Origin: an uncultured Gammaproteobacteria bacterium
GTDB taxonomy: Bacteria; Pseudomonadota; Gammaproteobacteria; GCF-002020875
Direction: 5' to 3'
Length of the DNA: 64,000 nucleotides
NCBI GenBank assembly: GCA_963981015.1
Contig: CAXCCG010000002.1
Coordinates: forward strand, 8,291 to 72,290
Both the position numbers and the translations under genes were made by a program. The notes beneath the pieces were generated by a model that was not told the origin of the DNA, searched no databases, and saw only the letters and a program-made list of their open reading frames with translations. Shown in pieces: positions 24,394 through 35,069 of the stretch; position 1 is the first letter of the stretch; every line of letters begins with the position of its first letter.

Positions 24394-24894
24394 ATGTCCA
24401 ATGAAAAAGAGTCCACACTGATCCGCCTCTATCACACTCTTCGTGATCAGCTACAGGAGATCGCAGAGGAGGGGAGAGAGCAACTACCTTCACTTCAGGA
24501 ACTGATTGCAGAGACTCGAGAGAAGAGTGCCGAACTGAGTGAGCTGACCCGGGAAGAGGTGGATGAGGTGAGTCGCTACCTACACCGAGATCTGGAGGCT
24601 ACAGGGAACTATCTGGCAGAGACTGGTGAGGATCTGGGGCGCTGGTTTCACATGGAGGAGGCGCTGGTTGAAGATCGTCTGAAAGAACTATTTACTCAAC
24701 TGGCTGACCCAACACGAATCGCACTGGAACGGCTTGATGCGGACGCGCGTGCCTCACAGAATTATCTTAGCGGTGAGGTGATTGGTATGGGACAACTCAA
24801 ATGTAGTGCGTGTGAACACACCCTGCAGTTTAATCAGACCTCTATCATCCCCAGATGTCCTGAGTGTAACGGGACTCTTTTTAAGCTCTCCTGA
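24394..24894 (+). CDS. DUF1451-family zinc-ribbon protein
   Basis: 166 aa, an acidic helical protein with a C-terminal C-x2-C ... C-x2-C (KCSACEH...PRCPECNG). Preceded by an AGGAG SD. Confidence 0.55.
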   Translation: MSNEKESTLIRLYHTLRDQLQEIAEEGREQLPSLQELIAETREKSAELSELTREEVDEVSRYLHRDLEATGNYLAETGEDLGRWFHMEEALVEDRLKELFTQLADPTRIALERLDADARASQNYLSGEVIGMGQLKCSACEHTLQFNQTSIIPRCPECNGTLFKLS

Positions 24895-24914
24895 ACCGAG
24901 ACCAGGTTTCCAGA

Positions 24915-24945
24915 AAGCAGAAGTCGTAGTGAGGACAAGCTCCTA
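24915..24945. repeat. Short fragment of the palindromic repeat family that abuts the TAG stop of the histidine kinase gene
   Basis: gaagtcgtag...ggacaagctcCTA shares the core of the 18776-18828 copy. Confidence 0.4.
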
Positions 24946-25557
24946 TGGAATCCACAGCAGTAGCTGTGCGCCACCCAACTGCTCACTGGGCTGTAATTGA
25001 ATCGAGCCGGTTTGACCTCTTCTGCGATGTGCCTTGGCAATCTCCTCCCCGAGTCGAAGCCCGACTCCAACCCCTTTCATCTCACTGAGATCAACCTGCT
25101 TACTACCCAGCCCTTTTCCATTATCGTCGATAGAGAAGCAGATGCACCGGTCCTGCTCTTCGGCTCCAAGTACAATTCGGCTCGCCCCGGCATGAATCGC
25201 ATTGAGTATCCCGTGCGCCAACACACTGACGATGAGTGGTCTGTCATAAAACCCCATTGCTGCTGCAGAACAGTCTATTTCAAGCTCGATTCCCGATGCC
25301 TTTAACAGCACCTCTTCTCGACCTGCTGCCTCTTGCAGTGCATCAGACAACGGAAGGTCATAGCGATCAACCCGCAGCTCCTGCTGCTCCAGCCGAAAAA
25401 GGGTGAGCAGTGCAATCAGGTCATCATGGATCTGCCGGCTACTCTGCTGCATCTCCAGCTTCTTTTCATCTTGACTAGAGTCTATTTGCTGCATCAAGAC
25501 CCCTAACCGATTTTTCAGGTCATGCAGGTGATTCGCAACCAGTTCAGACCACTGCAT
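24943..25557 (-). CDS. Soluble (no TM, no sensor domain) histidine kinase
   Basis: 204 aa. H-box HDLKNRLGVL, then N/G1/G2 boxes of the HATPase_c type (DDNGKGLG, GVGVGLRL). Confidence 0.65.
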   Translation of the reverse strand: MQWSELVANHLHDLKNRLGVLMQQIDSSQDEKKLEMQQSSRQIHDDLIALLTLFRLEQQELRVDRYDLPLSDALQEAAGREEVLLKASGIELEIDCSAAAMGFYDRPLIVSVLAHGILNAIHAGASRIVLGAEEQDRCICFSIDDNGKGLGSKQVDLSEMKGVGVGLRLGEEIAKAHRRRGQTGSIQLQPSEQLGGAQLLLWIP

Positions 25558-25559
25558 AA

Positions 25560-27269
25560 TCAGCTTTTTGGCAATTTATGTACAAACTGCTCAAACAGGT
25601 CTTGTAGTTTTTCGTATCTCCGGTCCTGATTCTCTGGAGGAATCCTGCTCAGACAATCATCAACCATGCCAATTCGTTCCTCTGTTACCCCCTGCTTCAC
25701 AATCAACCCCATAATCGCCTGTGCTGCATTGAGGTTGACCACACGATTCCCTGGCAAGCGATCTGCTGCCTTATAGAGAATTTCAACCGCCTCCCCTAAA
25801 TTTCCATTTTTGTAGTAACCGACCCCTTCGCTATTCAGTTTCAACACCTCTTTACGCGCAGAGTTGATCTCATCCCGCTCCTCTCCCTCGATTCCAATCT
25901 GTTCAGCCAGATCAAAAATCTCCTCATGCACTTGGGTGTCATCATGGTTGGTCTGGATCACTTGACTCAGGATCTCCTTGACCATATTTTTATTACTTTC
26001 ACGCCGTTTTTCACTCTTCTGCTTGGCCACCTTGGCGCTCAACCCCTCCAACCCTTCTGAGCGAAAATCCAACCCCTGGCTATTTTCAGTAATTTGAGTG
26101 GCTAACTTCAGTGCTGTTTGGGTATCAATGGAACCCGTTCGCTTTTTGAAACTTTCACTGGCCCGCTGCAATGACTTATCTGCCTCACGGGTATTTCCCA
26201 TATGACCATAGGTTTGATTCTCCTGCAATGCCGTCTCAATTTGAGCACCTGGGTCACCGGCAAAATTTTGTCGAGCTTTCCCCAGATTTTTCAGTGCCTT
26301 ATTGGGTTCACCACACTCCAACAATACCGCAGAATATCCAGTGTAGTCGGAGACTTCACGAAACAGTGAGTAGGTTCCCAGGCGCACCGTCTTCTCATAC
26401 GCACTGGTTGCCACCTCCAGATCGTTATTGGATTCCGCAACGGTTGCCAACAGTTTTTGTCTACGCAGCACTTTAGGGGACTGCCCGACCGCATCTTCAA
26501 GAATTTTCTGTGCCTGAGCCCCTTCACCCATCTTCACCAGTGCTTTGGCCATCCAGTCACGTGCCACATTGTAGGCATCATTCGCCTCCAGTACCTGCTT
26601 AAAATAACTCACCGACTCTTCATACTGCCCCTGTTGAAAGAGCACCCTCCCTCGCCCCAGCAAAGCCCAGAGCAGTTCACGATCCTTCAGGACATCATCA
26701 TAGATTCCTAGCGCATGGTCAAAGTTTCTGGTTTTTTCCAGAATTTCCGCCTTGATTCGCAGCAACTCCATGGGGGTTTCGGTACGTTTTGCAATTAATT
26801 GATTCAGGCAACTGAGTGCACGCTTGGTACTCTTCATCTCCAAAGCACGATCCACCTGAACCAGCCCCTCTTTCTCTGCCGCGAGGCGAAACAGTCGATC
26901 TGCCAAAACGGTACGGGAAAAAGGCTTGGTCAGATAATCATCCGGTCGATTCTCAACTACACTTAACACCATGGTACGTGCCGTTTCAGCGGTGATCATG
27001 ATAAAAATCGTGGAGTACCCCAGGATTTGTCGTGTACGACTCTCTTCCAGAACCTGCTGCCCATCTTTACCCTCTCCAAGATGAAAATCACAGAGCACCA
27101 CATCATAACGCTTACTTTCCAATAACGTTAGCGCATCTTTACCATTGGATGCGGTATCAATCTGATGACCGGGCACCCCCCCTTCGCTGATCATCGCAAC
27201 CAGAGAGGTGCGATAGTTACCAAAGTCGTCGACAACCAGAAAGTGAAAATCTTTTAGAGAATAGTCCAT
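25560..27269 (-). CDS. Response regulator with an N-terminal REC domain fused to a roughly 430-aa TPR-repeat region
   Basis: REC signature residues (VVDDF, phospho-acceptor D in VVLCDFHLGEG, T in MITAE, K in LTKPF). The remainder is helical repeats. There is a 2-bp gap to the kinase gene. Confidence 0.7.
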   Translation of the reverse strand: MDYSLKDFHFLVVDDFGNYRTSLVAMISEGGVPGHQIDTASNGKDALTLLESKRYDVVLCDFHLGEGKDGQQVLEESRTRQILGYSTIFIMITAETARTMVLSVVENRPDDYLTKPFSRTVLADRLFRLAAEKEGLVQVDRALEMKSTKRALSCLNQLIAKRTETPMELLRIKAEILEKTRNFDHALGIYDDVLKDRELLWALLGRGRVLFQQGQYEESVSYFKQVLEANDAYNVARDWMAKALVKMGEGAQAQKILEDAVGQSPKVLRRQKLLATVAESNNDLEVATSAYEKTVRLGTYSLFREVSDYTGYSAVLLECGEPNKALKNLGKARQNFAGDPGAQIETALQENQTYGHMGNTREADKSLQRASESFKKRTGSIDTQTALKLATQITENSQGLDFRSEGLEGLSAKVAKQKSEKRRESNKNMVKEILSQVIQTNHDDTQVHEEIFDLAEQIGIEGEERDEINSARKEVLKLNSEGVGYYKNGNLGEAVEILYKAADRLPGNRVVNLNAAQAIMGLIVKQGVTEERIGMVDDCLSRIPPENQDRRYEKLQDLFEQFVHKLPKS

Positions 27270-27380
27270 TTCATACCCGTTACTTATGATCCCATCTCTC
27301 TATATTATCCCCCGGAGCCACACCTTATGTTAATTTAGAGGCTTGTCTAAGGTACCCCTGAACAAGTCATCTACGATATC

Positions 27381-28607
27381 TTATAAATTTTTAACAAACC
27401 AGCGTTTCATTCGTTCCCAGATACCGATTGATCCTCCATCCAGTAAGCCGCCATATTGCTGCCTGTTCTTCGCTGCATGAATCAGCAGCCCGACACCGGT
27501 TGCATGAACTGGAGTACGTACAATATCAATCATCCCCTCAATATTCTGTGGTGCCCCGAGACGGACCGGCTTATGGAAAATCTCCTCTGCCAGCTCAACC
27601 GCACCCTCCATCTTCGAGCTGCCACCGGTCAATACAATACCTGCATTGATCATATCCTCAAAGCCACTTCGGCGCAGTTCAGCCTGCACCAGGGTAAACA
27701 GCTCTTCATAACGGGGACCAACCACTTCTGCCAGCCCTTGTCGTGCCAATCTGCGTTCAGGGCGGTCCCCAATACTGGGAACAGCAACTTCTTCATTCGG
27801 GTCAACCAGTTCAGAAATCGCACAGGCATACTTCACCTTGATCTGTTCCGCATGGTGTGTCGGTGTACGCAGAAAGACTGCGATATCATTGGTTACCTGA
27901 TCACCCGCTACCGGAATCACCGCGGTATGGCGAATAGAACCTTCGGTAAAGACTGCAATATCGGTAGTCCCACCACCAATATCAATCATACAGACCCCCA
28001 GCTCTTTCTCATCTTCGCTCAGCACTGCATAGCTTGAGGCGAGTTGCTCCAGTACAACATCTTCTGCCTCCAGACCGCAAAGACGGATACATTTGACAAT
28101 ATTTTGCGCTGCACTGATTGAACCTGTGACAATATGGACCTTGGCCTCCAGACGGACCCCGGACATCCCCATCGGCTCATGGATCCCCTCCTGGTTATCA
28201 ATAATAAACTCCTGGGGGAGAGAGTGGATGATCTTCTGGTCTGCCGGTATAGCAATTGCTTTTGCCGCATCAATCACTCGATCTACATCGATGGCGGTCA
28301 CTTCCCGGGTACGGATCGCAATGATGCCGTGTGAATTCATGCCATGAATATGGCTGCCAGCGATACCCGCAGAGACCGATCCGATCTCACACTCCGCCAT
28401 TATCTCAGCCTCTTCTACTGCACGCTGAATCGACTTTACTGTCGATTCAATATTGACCACAACCCCCTTCTTCAGCCCTTTTGAAGGATGTGTTCCAATA
28501 CCCAGTATTTCCAGCTCGCCAGAGGGCTGCATAGCCCCAACAATGGCTGCAATTTTCGTAGTCCCGATATCAAGACCAACAATCAATTCATGCTCTTTTT
28601 TTCGCAT
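27381..28607 (-). CDS. ftsA: Cell division protein FtsA
   Basis: 408 aa, collinear with E. coli FtsA (LVVGLDIGT.K.AA.VG, GVCMIDIGGGTTDIAV, GIVLTGG). Confidence 0.93.
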   Translation of the reverse strand: MRKKEHELIVGLDIGTTKIAAIVGAMQPSGELEILGIGTHPSKGLKKGVVVNIESTVKSIQRAVEEAEIMAECEIGSVSAGIAGSHIHGMNSHGIIAIRTREVTAIDVDRVIDAAKAIAIPADQKIIHSLPQEFIIDNQEGIHEPMGMSGVRLEAKVHIVTGSISAAQNIVKCIRLCGLEAEDVVLEQLASSYAVLSEDEKELGVCMIDIGGGTTDIAVFTEGSIRHTAVIPVAGDQVTNDIAVFLRTPTHHAEQIKVKYACAISELVDPNEEVAVPSIGDRPERRLARQGLAEVVGPRYEELFTLVQAELRRSGFEDMINAGIVLTGGSSKMEGAVELAEEIFHKPVRLGAPQNIEGMIDIVRTPVHATGVGLLIHAAKNRQQYGGLLDGGSIGIWERMKRWFVKNL

Positions 28608-28612
28608 TGTAG

Positions 28613-29428
28613 CTACCCGTTACTCTGACCCTGCTGGTTGAGCTCTAAAACCATTCCCCGTTCATATCGAAGATCCACTTTTCTCACACCCCGGCTAAAC
28701 TTTGCCATTATAACCGGTGATTGCGCTGCCCACCTCGTTAATCGCTGCTCCATCCATCTCCTCCCCAGCTTTAATTCCAGCTCCCCGGCAAACAACAGAG
28801 TAATTGCTCCCCGTTGATCAACCTTCATCTCAATAATCTTGCCCTTCTCTTGCGGACTGTGCTGCCCCAGAATACTGGAGAAACGGGTAAGCTGCCGATA
28901 AATGGCCTCAGTATCCTCCAGCATCGAGTCGATACGGGGTAACTCTGCCTGGCCAAGCCCTACACCGGCAGACTCAAAAAACTCTCCACTCAGGTTCAGG
29001 TAGCCATCATCTCCCCATCGTGCAGCTGCGCGTTGCTCCTCTACCCAGACTTCGACTTGATCTGGCCACACCTTTCTCACCCGTGCCCGATAAACCCAGG
29101 ACTCCTCCTCAACCGCAATACGCAGCCTCTCCGGATCCAGAGCCAGCATTCCATCCTTACCATGCGCATCCACCAATTCACTGATTCTGGTGGGCTGAAT
29201 ATAGGTTGTTTTGCCTACCAGAATCACCTTTTTAACCATCACCGGATCTGGTGCGATGTGGGCTGTTTCAACCCAGTGCATTTGATCTTTCAGTGCAAAA
29301 ACAAGTATAGCCACTCCCAGCAAAACGGCAATGACCGCTACCCGTTTGACCAGGTACTTCTGCCGCATTTGTGCCTCACTCCTGGAGCGGTTGCGCCTCT
29401 CTTTACGTTTTCTGGGTGGCAATGGCAT
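28613..29428 (-). CDS. ftsQ: Cell division protein FtsQ
   Basis: 271 aa, N-terminal TM segment, POTRA/FtsQ C-terminus. Confidence 0.85.
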   Translation of the reverse strand: MPLPPRKRKERRNRSRSEAQMRQKYLVKRVAVIAVLLGVAILVFALKDQMHWVETAHIAPDPVMVKKVILVGKTTYIQPTRISELVDAHGKDGMLALDPERLRIAVEEESWVYRARVRKVWPDQVEVWVEEQRAAARWGDDGYLNLSGEFFESAGVGLGQAELPRIDSMLEDTEAIYRQLTRFSSILGQHSPQEKGKIIEMKVDQRGAITLLFAGELELKLGRRWMEQRLTRWAAQSPVIMAKFSRGVRKVDLRYERGMVLELNQQGQSNG

Positions 29429-29433
29429 GGTCT

Positions 29434-30369
29434 TCAGCTCAGCCGGATGATCTCAAGTAACAGTTCAGGAAAACCGAACCCTGCTGCCTTGGCGGCCATT
29501 GGCACTAAACTATGGTCTGTCATACCCGGTACCGTATTGACCTCCAGCAGCCAAGGTATACCTGCTTGATCCACCATCAGATCAACACGTCCCCAACCCC
29601 TGCAACCCAGGACCGTAAAGGCCTCCAGCGCAAGCTGCTGCAGGGCTGACTCTTCGACCTTACCCAATCCACAGGGACAGAGATATTCGGTACTCTCTGC
29701 CTGGTACTTGGCCTCAAAGTCATAAAAACCGTGCGGAGTTTTCAGTTGTATCGCCGGCAGTGCCCGCTCGCCAAGGATAGCCACCGTATACTCAGCACCC
29801 TCAATCCACTGTTCTGCAATTACCTCACCAGCATAACTTTTTGCCACATCCCATGCTTGCTGAAAGGTCTGCAGTGACTCTACTTTTACCATGCCAATAC
29901 TGGATCCTTCACAGACTGGCTTCACCATCAATGGTAGCCCCATCGCTTTAACAATCTCTTGCAGATCAGCGCCTTCACTCAACACCCGAAAATCTGGAGT
30001 TGGTAATTCAACCCCCTTCCAGAGCTGCTTTGTGCGTAACTTGTCCATTGCCAATGCAGATGCCATCACACCAGAGCCGGTATAGGGAAGCTTGAGTGTC
30101 TCCAATACACCCTGAATAACACCATCTTCTCCACCCCGCCCATGCAGCACCACAAAGGCGCGGTCAAACTCTAATAATGTTGAGATTTCACGCTCCGCCG
30201 GATCAAATGGAGCCGCATCACAACCTGCAGAGAGCAACCCCTGAAGCACCGCCTTTCCGCTATTGAGTGAGACCTCTCTCTCTGAGGCACTGCCCCCCAT
30301 CAATACAGCAATCTTTCCCAACGATTCAGGAGATTGTAGCTGATTCGAAAATTCATTCACGACAAACAC
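29434..30369 (-). CDS. ddl: D-alanine--D-alanine ligase
   Basis: 311 aa ATP-grasp fold, N-terminus KIAVLMGGSASEREVSL. Confidence 0.92.
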   Translation of the reverse strand: MFVVNEFSNQLQSPESLGKIAVLMGGSASEREVSLNSGKAVLQGLLSAGCDAAPFDPAEREISTLLEFDRAFVVLHGRGGEDGVIQGVLETLKLPYTGSGVMASALAMDKLRTKQLWKGVELPTPDFRVLSEGADLQEIVKAMGLPLMVKPVCEGSSIGMVKVESLQTFQQAWDVAKSYAGEVIAEQWIEGAEYTVAILGERALPAIQLKTPHGFYDFEAKYQAESTEYLCPCGLGKVEESALQQLALEAFTVLGCRGWGRVDLMVDQAGIPWLLEVNTVPGMTDHSLVPMAAKAAGFGFPELLLEIIRLS

Positions 30370-31256
30370 CTCTCGACTTGACCTACAATTCTAACCTCTC
30401 GCTGCAGACTTACCCCAAATTTCTGCTCAACCTCTTGTGCTACATGGTCCATCAGTGCCTCGATCTCCGTGGCTGTAGCCTCTCCCTGATGGATAATAAA
30501 ATTGGCATGCTGCTCTGAGACTCGTGCCCCCCCCAGGGTAAACCCTTTAAGTCCTGCGGCCTCGATCAAACGCCCGGCATGGTCCCCCTGTGGGTTTTTG
30601 AACACTGAACCACAACTATAGTATGACATTGGCTGGGTTGCGTTACGCTGTTTCAGCTGCTGCTGCATCTTTTCATGCGTCTCCTCACGGTCCAGGTTGG
30701 ACCTTTGAAAGATTGCTGAGAGAAACCAAAAGGGTGCCGTGTCATCAATACGAATAAGCGCTCGGTAGTTGGCCTGGAAACGGTCTGCCATCAATGTCTC
30801 CACTACACCACCACGATCCACCACTTCAACAGACTCTACCCGACTCCAGATCTCTTGACCAAAGGCTCCCGCATTCATCGCCAGTGCGCCACCCACAGAG
30901 CCCGGTATTCCTGCCAGAAAATCGAGGCCACGCCACTGTTCACTCCGAGCCACACGTGCCAGACGAGAAAGCGGGGCACCCGCCTCTGCATAGAGTCGAT
31001 CATTGTCACGCCATTCCAGCCGCTCCAGCGTATTTGCAAGCAGAATAACGGTACCCCGAAACCCTCCATCCCGTACCAGCAGATTACTTCCCTTACCCAC
31101 CCACAGCAGTGGCTCAGCTCCGGGAAGCTGCTGAAGGATCTCAACCAACTGTTGCCGGGTCTCCGGGATATAGAGTCGGTCTGCCACCCCTCCAACCCGC
31201 CAACTGGTATAAGGAGCCAGCGCTACATTCTCTAATCGTTGCGCCGTTGAATTCAC
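30357..31256 (-). CDS. murB: UDP-N-acetylenolpyruvoylglucosamine reductase
   Basis: 299 aa with an FAD-binding MurB domain. Confidence 0.9.
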   Translation of the reverse strand: MNSTAQRLENVALAPYTSWRVGGVADRLYIPETRQQLVEILQQLPGAEPLLWVGKGSNLLVRDGGFRGTVILLANTLERLEWRDNDRLYAEAGAPLSRLARVARSEQWRGLDFLAGIPGSVGGALAMNAGAFGQEIWSRVESVEVVDRGGVVETLMADRFQANYRALIRIDDTAPFWFLSAIFQRSNLDREETHEKMQQQLKQRNATQPMSYYSCGSVFKNPQGDHAGRLIEAAGLKGFTLGGARVSEQHANFIIHQGEATATEIEALMDHVAQEVEQKFGVSLQREVRIVGQVERCLS

Positions 31257-32704
31257 TTCGATGGCCAGGTTTCAGAGATCTGTTGCGCTGCGGTGCCAAT
31301 ACTACCGGCCCCAGAGAGTAGCAGCAGATCGCCCTCCCCCACTTGATAGGGCAGCAGCTGCACAAGCTCATCAACACCCTTCACCAGCAGAGGATCTACC
31401 TCTCCACGGCTACGAATTGTTCTGGCCAGACTACGGCTGTCAGCTCCCGCAATCGGCTCCTCTCCAGCCGGATAAACCTCTAATAGCAACAGTTGGTCGG
31501 CGCTCGAGAGTACCTCCACAAAATCGTCATAGAGATCGCGGGTACGGCTATAGCGGTGTAGTTGAAAAGCAACCACCAGCCGACGTCCCGGCCACCCCTC
31601 TCTCAAAGCAGCCAACGTTGCAGCAACCTCTCTGGGATGGTGTCCATAGTCATCCACAACCTCGACTCCCCCTTTCGGGAACTGATACCAACCATAACGT
31701 TGAAAGCGCCGTGCAATCCCCTGAAAGCTGGCGAGTGCGGTCACCATTTTCTGGTCCTCAACCCCCAGATGGCTGGCAACCGCTATGGCTGCCAACGCAT
31801 TGAGAATATTGTGCCGCCCTGGCAGCTTCAGTGTCACCGGAAGTGGCGCTCGATCCGGCCGACGCAGCAGAAACTGACTCTCACCCTCATGCAACTCAAT
31901 CTGGTCTGCACCAAAATCAACTTCACTGGAGAATCCATAGCGCAGAACGGGACGGGAGAGCCTTTCGGTAATTCCACTGACTCCAGGGTCATCGACACAG
32001 AGTACCGCACAACCATAAAAGGGGAGGTGGTGGATAAACTCAACAAAAGTGTCTTCCAGTCGGGACCAATCCCCTCCATAGGTGGACATATGATCCTCAT
32101 CAATATTAGTCACCACCGCAACCATTGGCTGCAGATGAAGAAAGGAGGCATCACTCTCATCAGCCTCGGCAACCAGGTAACGCCCCCTACCCAACTGAGC
32201 GCCTCCGCTACGGGTCCCTCCCTCTTCACTACCACGGTTAATCTTGCCACCAATGACATAGGTGGGATCGAGACCAGCCTCTTCCAGTATGGTTGCCACC
32301 AGACTGGTGGTTGTGGTCTTGCCATGGGTACCTGCTACCGCAATGCCATAGCGAAAACGCATCAACTCAGCCAACATCTCTGCACGTGGAATGACTGGAA
32401 GCCCCTGCTGCCGCGCAGCAACAACCTCTGGATTCTCTTCACCAATTGCGCTGGAGATGACCACAACATCCACCCCCTCGATCTGCGCTGCACGATGCCC
32501 AATACAAATTTCAGCCCCTTCGCTACGCAACTCCTGAACCACCACCGATTCAGACTGGTCTGAACCACTGATCTCAAACCCCAGATTGAGGAGTAACTTG
32601 GCAATTCCATTCATCCCCGCTCCACCAATACCGATAAAGTGGATACGTTGTATGGTGTGCATCGCTTCAGCAATACCCTGTTGTTGTGAATCAATTATCA
32701 TCAA
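31253..32704 (-). CDS. murC: UDP-N-acetylmuramate--L-alanine ligase
   Basis: 483 aa with [15 protein letters not shown]. Confidence 0.93.
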   Translation of the reverse strand: MMIIDSQQQGIAEAMHTIQRIHFIGIGGAGMNGIAKLLLNLGFEISGSDQSESVVVQELRSEGAEICIGHRAAQIEGVDVVVISSAIGEENPEVVAARQQGLPVIPRAEMLAELMRFRYGIAVAGTHGKTTTTSLVATILEEAGLDPTYVIGGKINRGSEEGGTRSGGAQLGRGRYLVAEADESDASFLHLQPMVAVVTNIDEDHMSTYGGDWSRLEDTFVEFIHHLPFYGCAVLCVDDPGVSGITERLSRPVLRYGFSSEVDFGADQIELHEGESQFLLRRPDRAPLPVTLKLPGRHNILNALAAIAVASHLGVEDQKMVTALASFQGIARRFQRYGWYQFPKGGVEVVDDYGHHPREVAATLAALREGWPGRRLVVAFQLHRYSRTRDLYDDFVEVLSSADQLLLLEVYPAGEEPIAGADSRSLARTIRSRGEVDPLLVKGVDELVQLLPYQVGEGDLLLLSGAGSIGTAAQQISETWPSK

Positions 32705-32707
32705 TGG

Positions 32708-33814
32708 CTACTCTCTACAAAGCATTTTACAGATCTCTTTTACTTGGCGGGTGGCCTCTGGCTCTGCTGCAGCTTTGGCCGCTCGCCCCATCTGCTCTAT
32801 TCTATCGGGTTGTTCGATAAACTGGTTTACCCGCTGAATCAATTGATCACTGCTCAGCTCACGCTGTTGAACCATCTCAGCGGCCCCCTGCTGTTGCAAA
32901 AATGCACCATTGGCTGTCTGGTGATCATCAACAGCAAACGGGAACGGGATCAAAATTGAGGGGCGCCCTACCATGGCCAGCTCTGACACTGTCATCGCAC
33001 CAGATCGACAAAGCACCAGATCAGCCCAACGATAGACCTCATCTATCTGTTGTAAATAGGGAACTACACGCACCCCCTGTGACGCATCCACCGCTACACC
33101 TTGCTGCTGGTACCCCTCCAGCGTCGCTTGCAGATTACGCGCACCACTCTGATGAACAATCTCCAGCTTTCCCGCTGTAACCAACTCTTTCGCAACAATC
33201 GGCATCAGCTCATTGAGTCGCTGTGCCCCCAAACTCCCACCCAACACCAGTAATCTTAAAGGCTGGTGGGGTTGTGCTGGCTCTATCTCAAACAGCTCTT
33301 GTCGCACTGGATTGCCTACGGTACGGGCTGCCACAGTGGCTGGAAAAGTTGATGGGAAGGCCTCCAATGCCGCCGTAGCCAGTCGTGACAACCAACGGTT
33401 GGTTAATCCGGCAATGGCATTCTGCTCATGAATCACCAGTGGTTTTCGCATGAGCCATGACGCTACCCCTCCCGGCCCCGCCACAAAGCCTCCCATCCCC
33501 AACACAACATCCGGCTGCTGACGTGAAATTATTCGATAGGCCAACCAGATCGCCTTGAGCAGTCGCAATGGTGCAACGACCAACGCCTTAACCCCTTTAC
33601 CACGTATTCCCTGAACCGGAACTGTCTCTAGTTTAAACCCTGCTTGCGGCACCAGCGTTGACTCCATCCCTTCCGGTGTCCCGAGCCAGACAACCTCGCC
33701 CCCCTCATCTTGCCACATCCGGGCTACTGCCATAGCAGGATAGATATGCCCTCCGGTACCCCCGGCCATTACCATCAGCTTTTTCACAACCCTGCCTCTG
33801 CCGGATTGGAGCAT
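32708..33814 (-). CDS. murG: Undecaprenyl-PP-MurNAc-pentapeptide GlcNAc transferase
   Basis: LMVMAGGTGGHIYPAMAVA. The ORF extends to 33835, so the start codon is uncertain. Confidence 0.9.
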   Translation of the reverse strand: MLQSGRGRVVKKLMVMAGGTGGHIYPAMAVARMWQDEGGEVVWLGTPEGMESTLVPQAGFKLETVPVQGIRGKGVKALVVAPLRLLKAIWLAYRIISRQQPDVVLGMGGFVAGPGGVASWLMRKPLVIHEQNAIAGLTNRWLSRLATAALEAFPSTFPATVAARTVGNPVRQELFEIEPAQPHQPLRLLVLGGSLGAQRLNELMPIVAKELVTAGKLEIVHQSGARNLQATLEGYQQQGVAVDASQGVRVVPYLQQIDEVYRWADLVLCRSGAMTVSELAMVGRPSILIPFPFAVDDHQTANGAFLQQQGAAEMVQQRELSSDQLIQRVNQFIEQPDRIEQMGRAAKAAAEPEATRQVKEICKMLCRE

Positions 33815-33854
33815 AGGCTTGCCGATAAAAGCCATAGACAGCTTATTCTATCTC

Positions 33855-35069
33855 TCATCGGTTGCCCCTTCTTTTGCGCTCTACGATGGGTCCCACTTCA
33901 AATTCAATCCGCATCAGTAACGCAATGGCAATCATCATCACAATCAAACTGCTGCCTCCATAACTGACCAGTGGCAGTGTCAGCCCTTTGGTCGGAGCCA
34001 AATTGACATTCACCAATAGATTGATCAGCGCCTGTAATCCAATCCAGATCCCGATTCCGTACGCCAGATAGGAGGCGAAAGGTTGATGCCCTTCACTGGC
34101 CCTTGCTGCAATTTGGAAGGCTTTCCACACCACCAGAGAGAACAGTAGTACCACCGAGAGCGTACCAAACAGTCCGAGTTCCTCGGCAATCACCGCCAGA
34201 ATAAAATCAGTATGCGCTTCCGGAAGATAGAACAATTTCTGCAGCCCCTCTCCCAACCCTAGCCCCTGCCATCCACCCCGACCATAGGCAATCAGCGCCT
34301 GTGTTATCTGATAATTCTTCCCCTTGGGGTCGACCAAAAAGGGGTCATCACCCAGAAACGAGGCCATACGCGCCATACGAAATGGTTCCATCATGATGGC
34401 AATAGAGACGAATAGAACGCCCAACAGGATAAACAGTGCAAACTGAGATGGTTTCACCCCTCCCAGCCACATCATTCCAATCACCACGGTCATCATTACA
34501 AAGGCGGCACCCAGATCAGGCTCCACAAGAATCAGTACACTCACTCCGGCAAGCAGTGCAATGGGTCTGAGGACTGCCGCTAAGTCAGTTGAGACCTTAT
34601 CGCGATGACGCACCAGATAACTGGCCAGATAGAGATAAGCTGCCAGTTTGGTAAATTCAGAGGGCTGAAGACGGAACGGTCCAATCGGAATCCAGCGTGA
34701 AGCACCATTGACCTTAACCCCGACCAATAATACCAATACCAGCAGCACGGCACTGCCCAGCAGTAGCGCCGGTGACATCTTCTCCCACAGGTGTAACGGG
34801 ATCTGCAACACTATCAGCCCCAGCAGAAAACCCAGGGTCGCAAAGATGAGTTGTCGGGTCAGATAGTGAAACGGGTCGTGATACAACCTCTCTGCAATCG
34901 GCATGGATGCCGAGGCAACCATCACCAGTCCAAACAGTAGCAGCGTCATCACCACAGGAAGTAACGCTGATTGATAGACAGAGCGGCTGATACTGCGCCC
35001 ACCGGCTGTCTGCCGCTTTTTAGCCTCGCCACTCTTTGCCCATACAAACCACTCTTGTAGAAACTTCAT
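33855..35069 (-). CDS. ftsW: Peptidoglycan glycosyltransferase FtsW (SEDS)
   Basis: 404 aa polytopic protein of the SEDS family. Position between murD and murG. Confidence 0.88.
   Translation of the reverse strand: MKFLQEWFVWAKSGEAKKRQTAGGRSISRSVYQSALLPVVMTLLLFGLVMVASASMPIAERLYHDPFHYLTRQLIFATLGFLLGLIVLQIPLHLWEKMSPALLLGSAVLLVLVLLVGVKVNGASRWIPIGPFRLQPSEFTKLAAYLYLASYLVRHRDKVSTDLAAVLRPIALLAGVSVLILVEPDLGAAFVMMTVVIGMMWLGGVKPSQFALFILLGVLFVSIAIMMEPFRMARMASFLGDDPFLVDPKGKNYQITQALIAYGRGGWQGLGLGEGLQKLFYLPEAHTDFILAVIAEELGLFGTLSVVLLFSLVVWKAFQIAARASEGHQPFASYLAYGIGIWIGLQALINLLVNVNLAPTKGLTLPLVSYGGSSLIVMMIAIALLMRIEFEVGPIVERKRRGNR

Noticed and set aside
31562-32563. 333-aa + strand ORF antisense to murC
   Set aside because: It is fully embedded antisense in a well-supported Mur ligase gene, has low-complexity composition (Ser/Pro/Gln-rich) and no recognisable domain. 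This is a typical antisense ORF of moderate-GC coding sequence.
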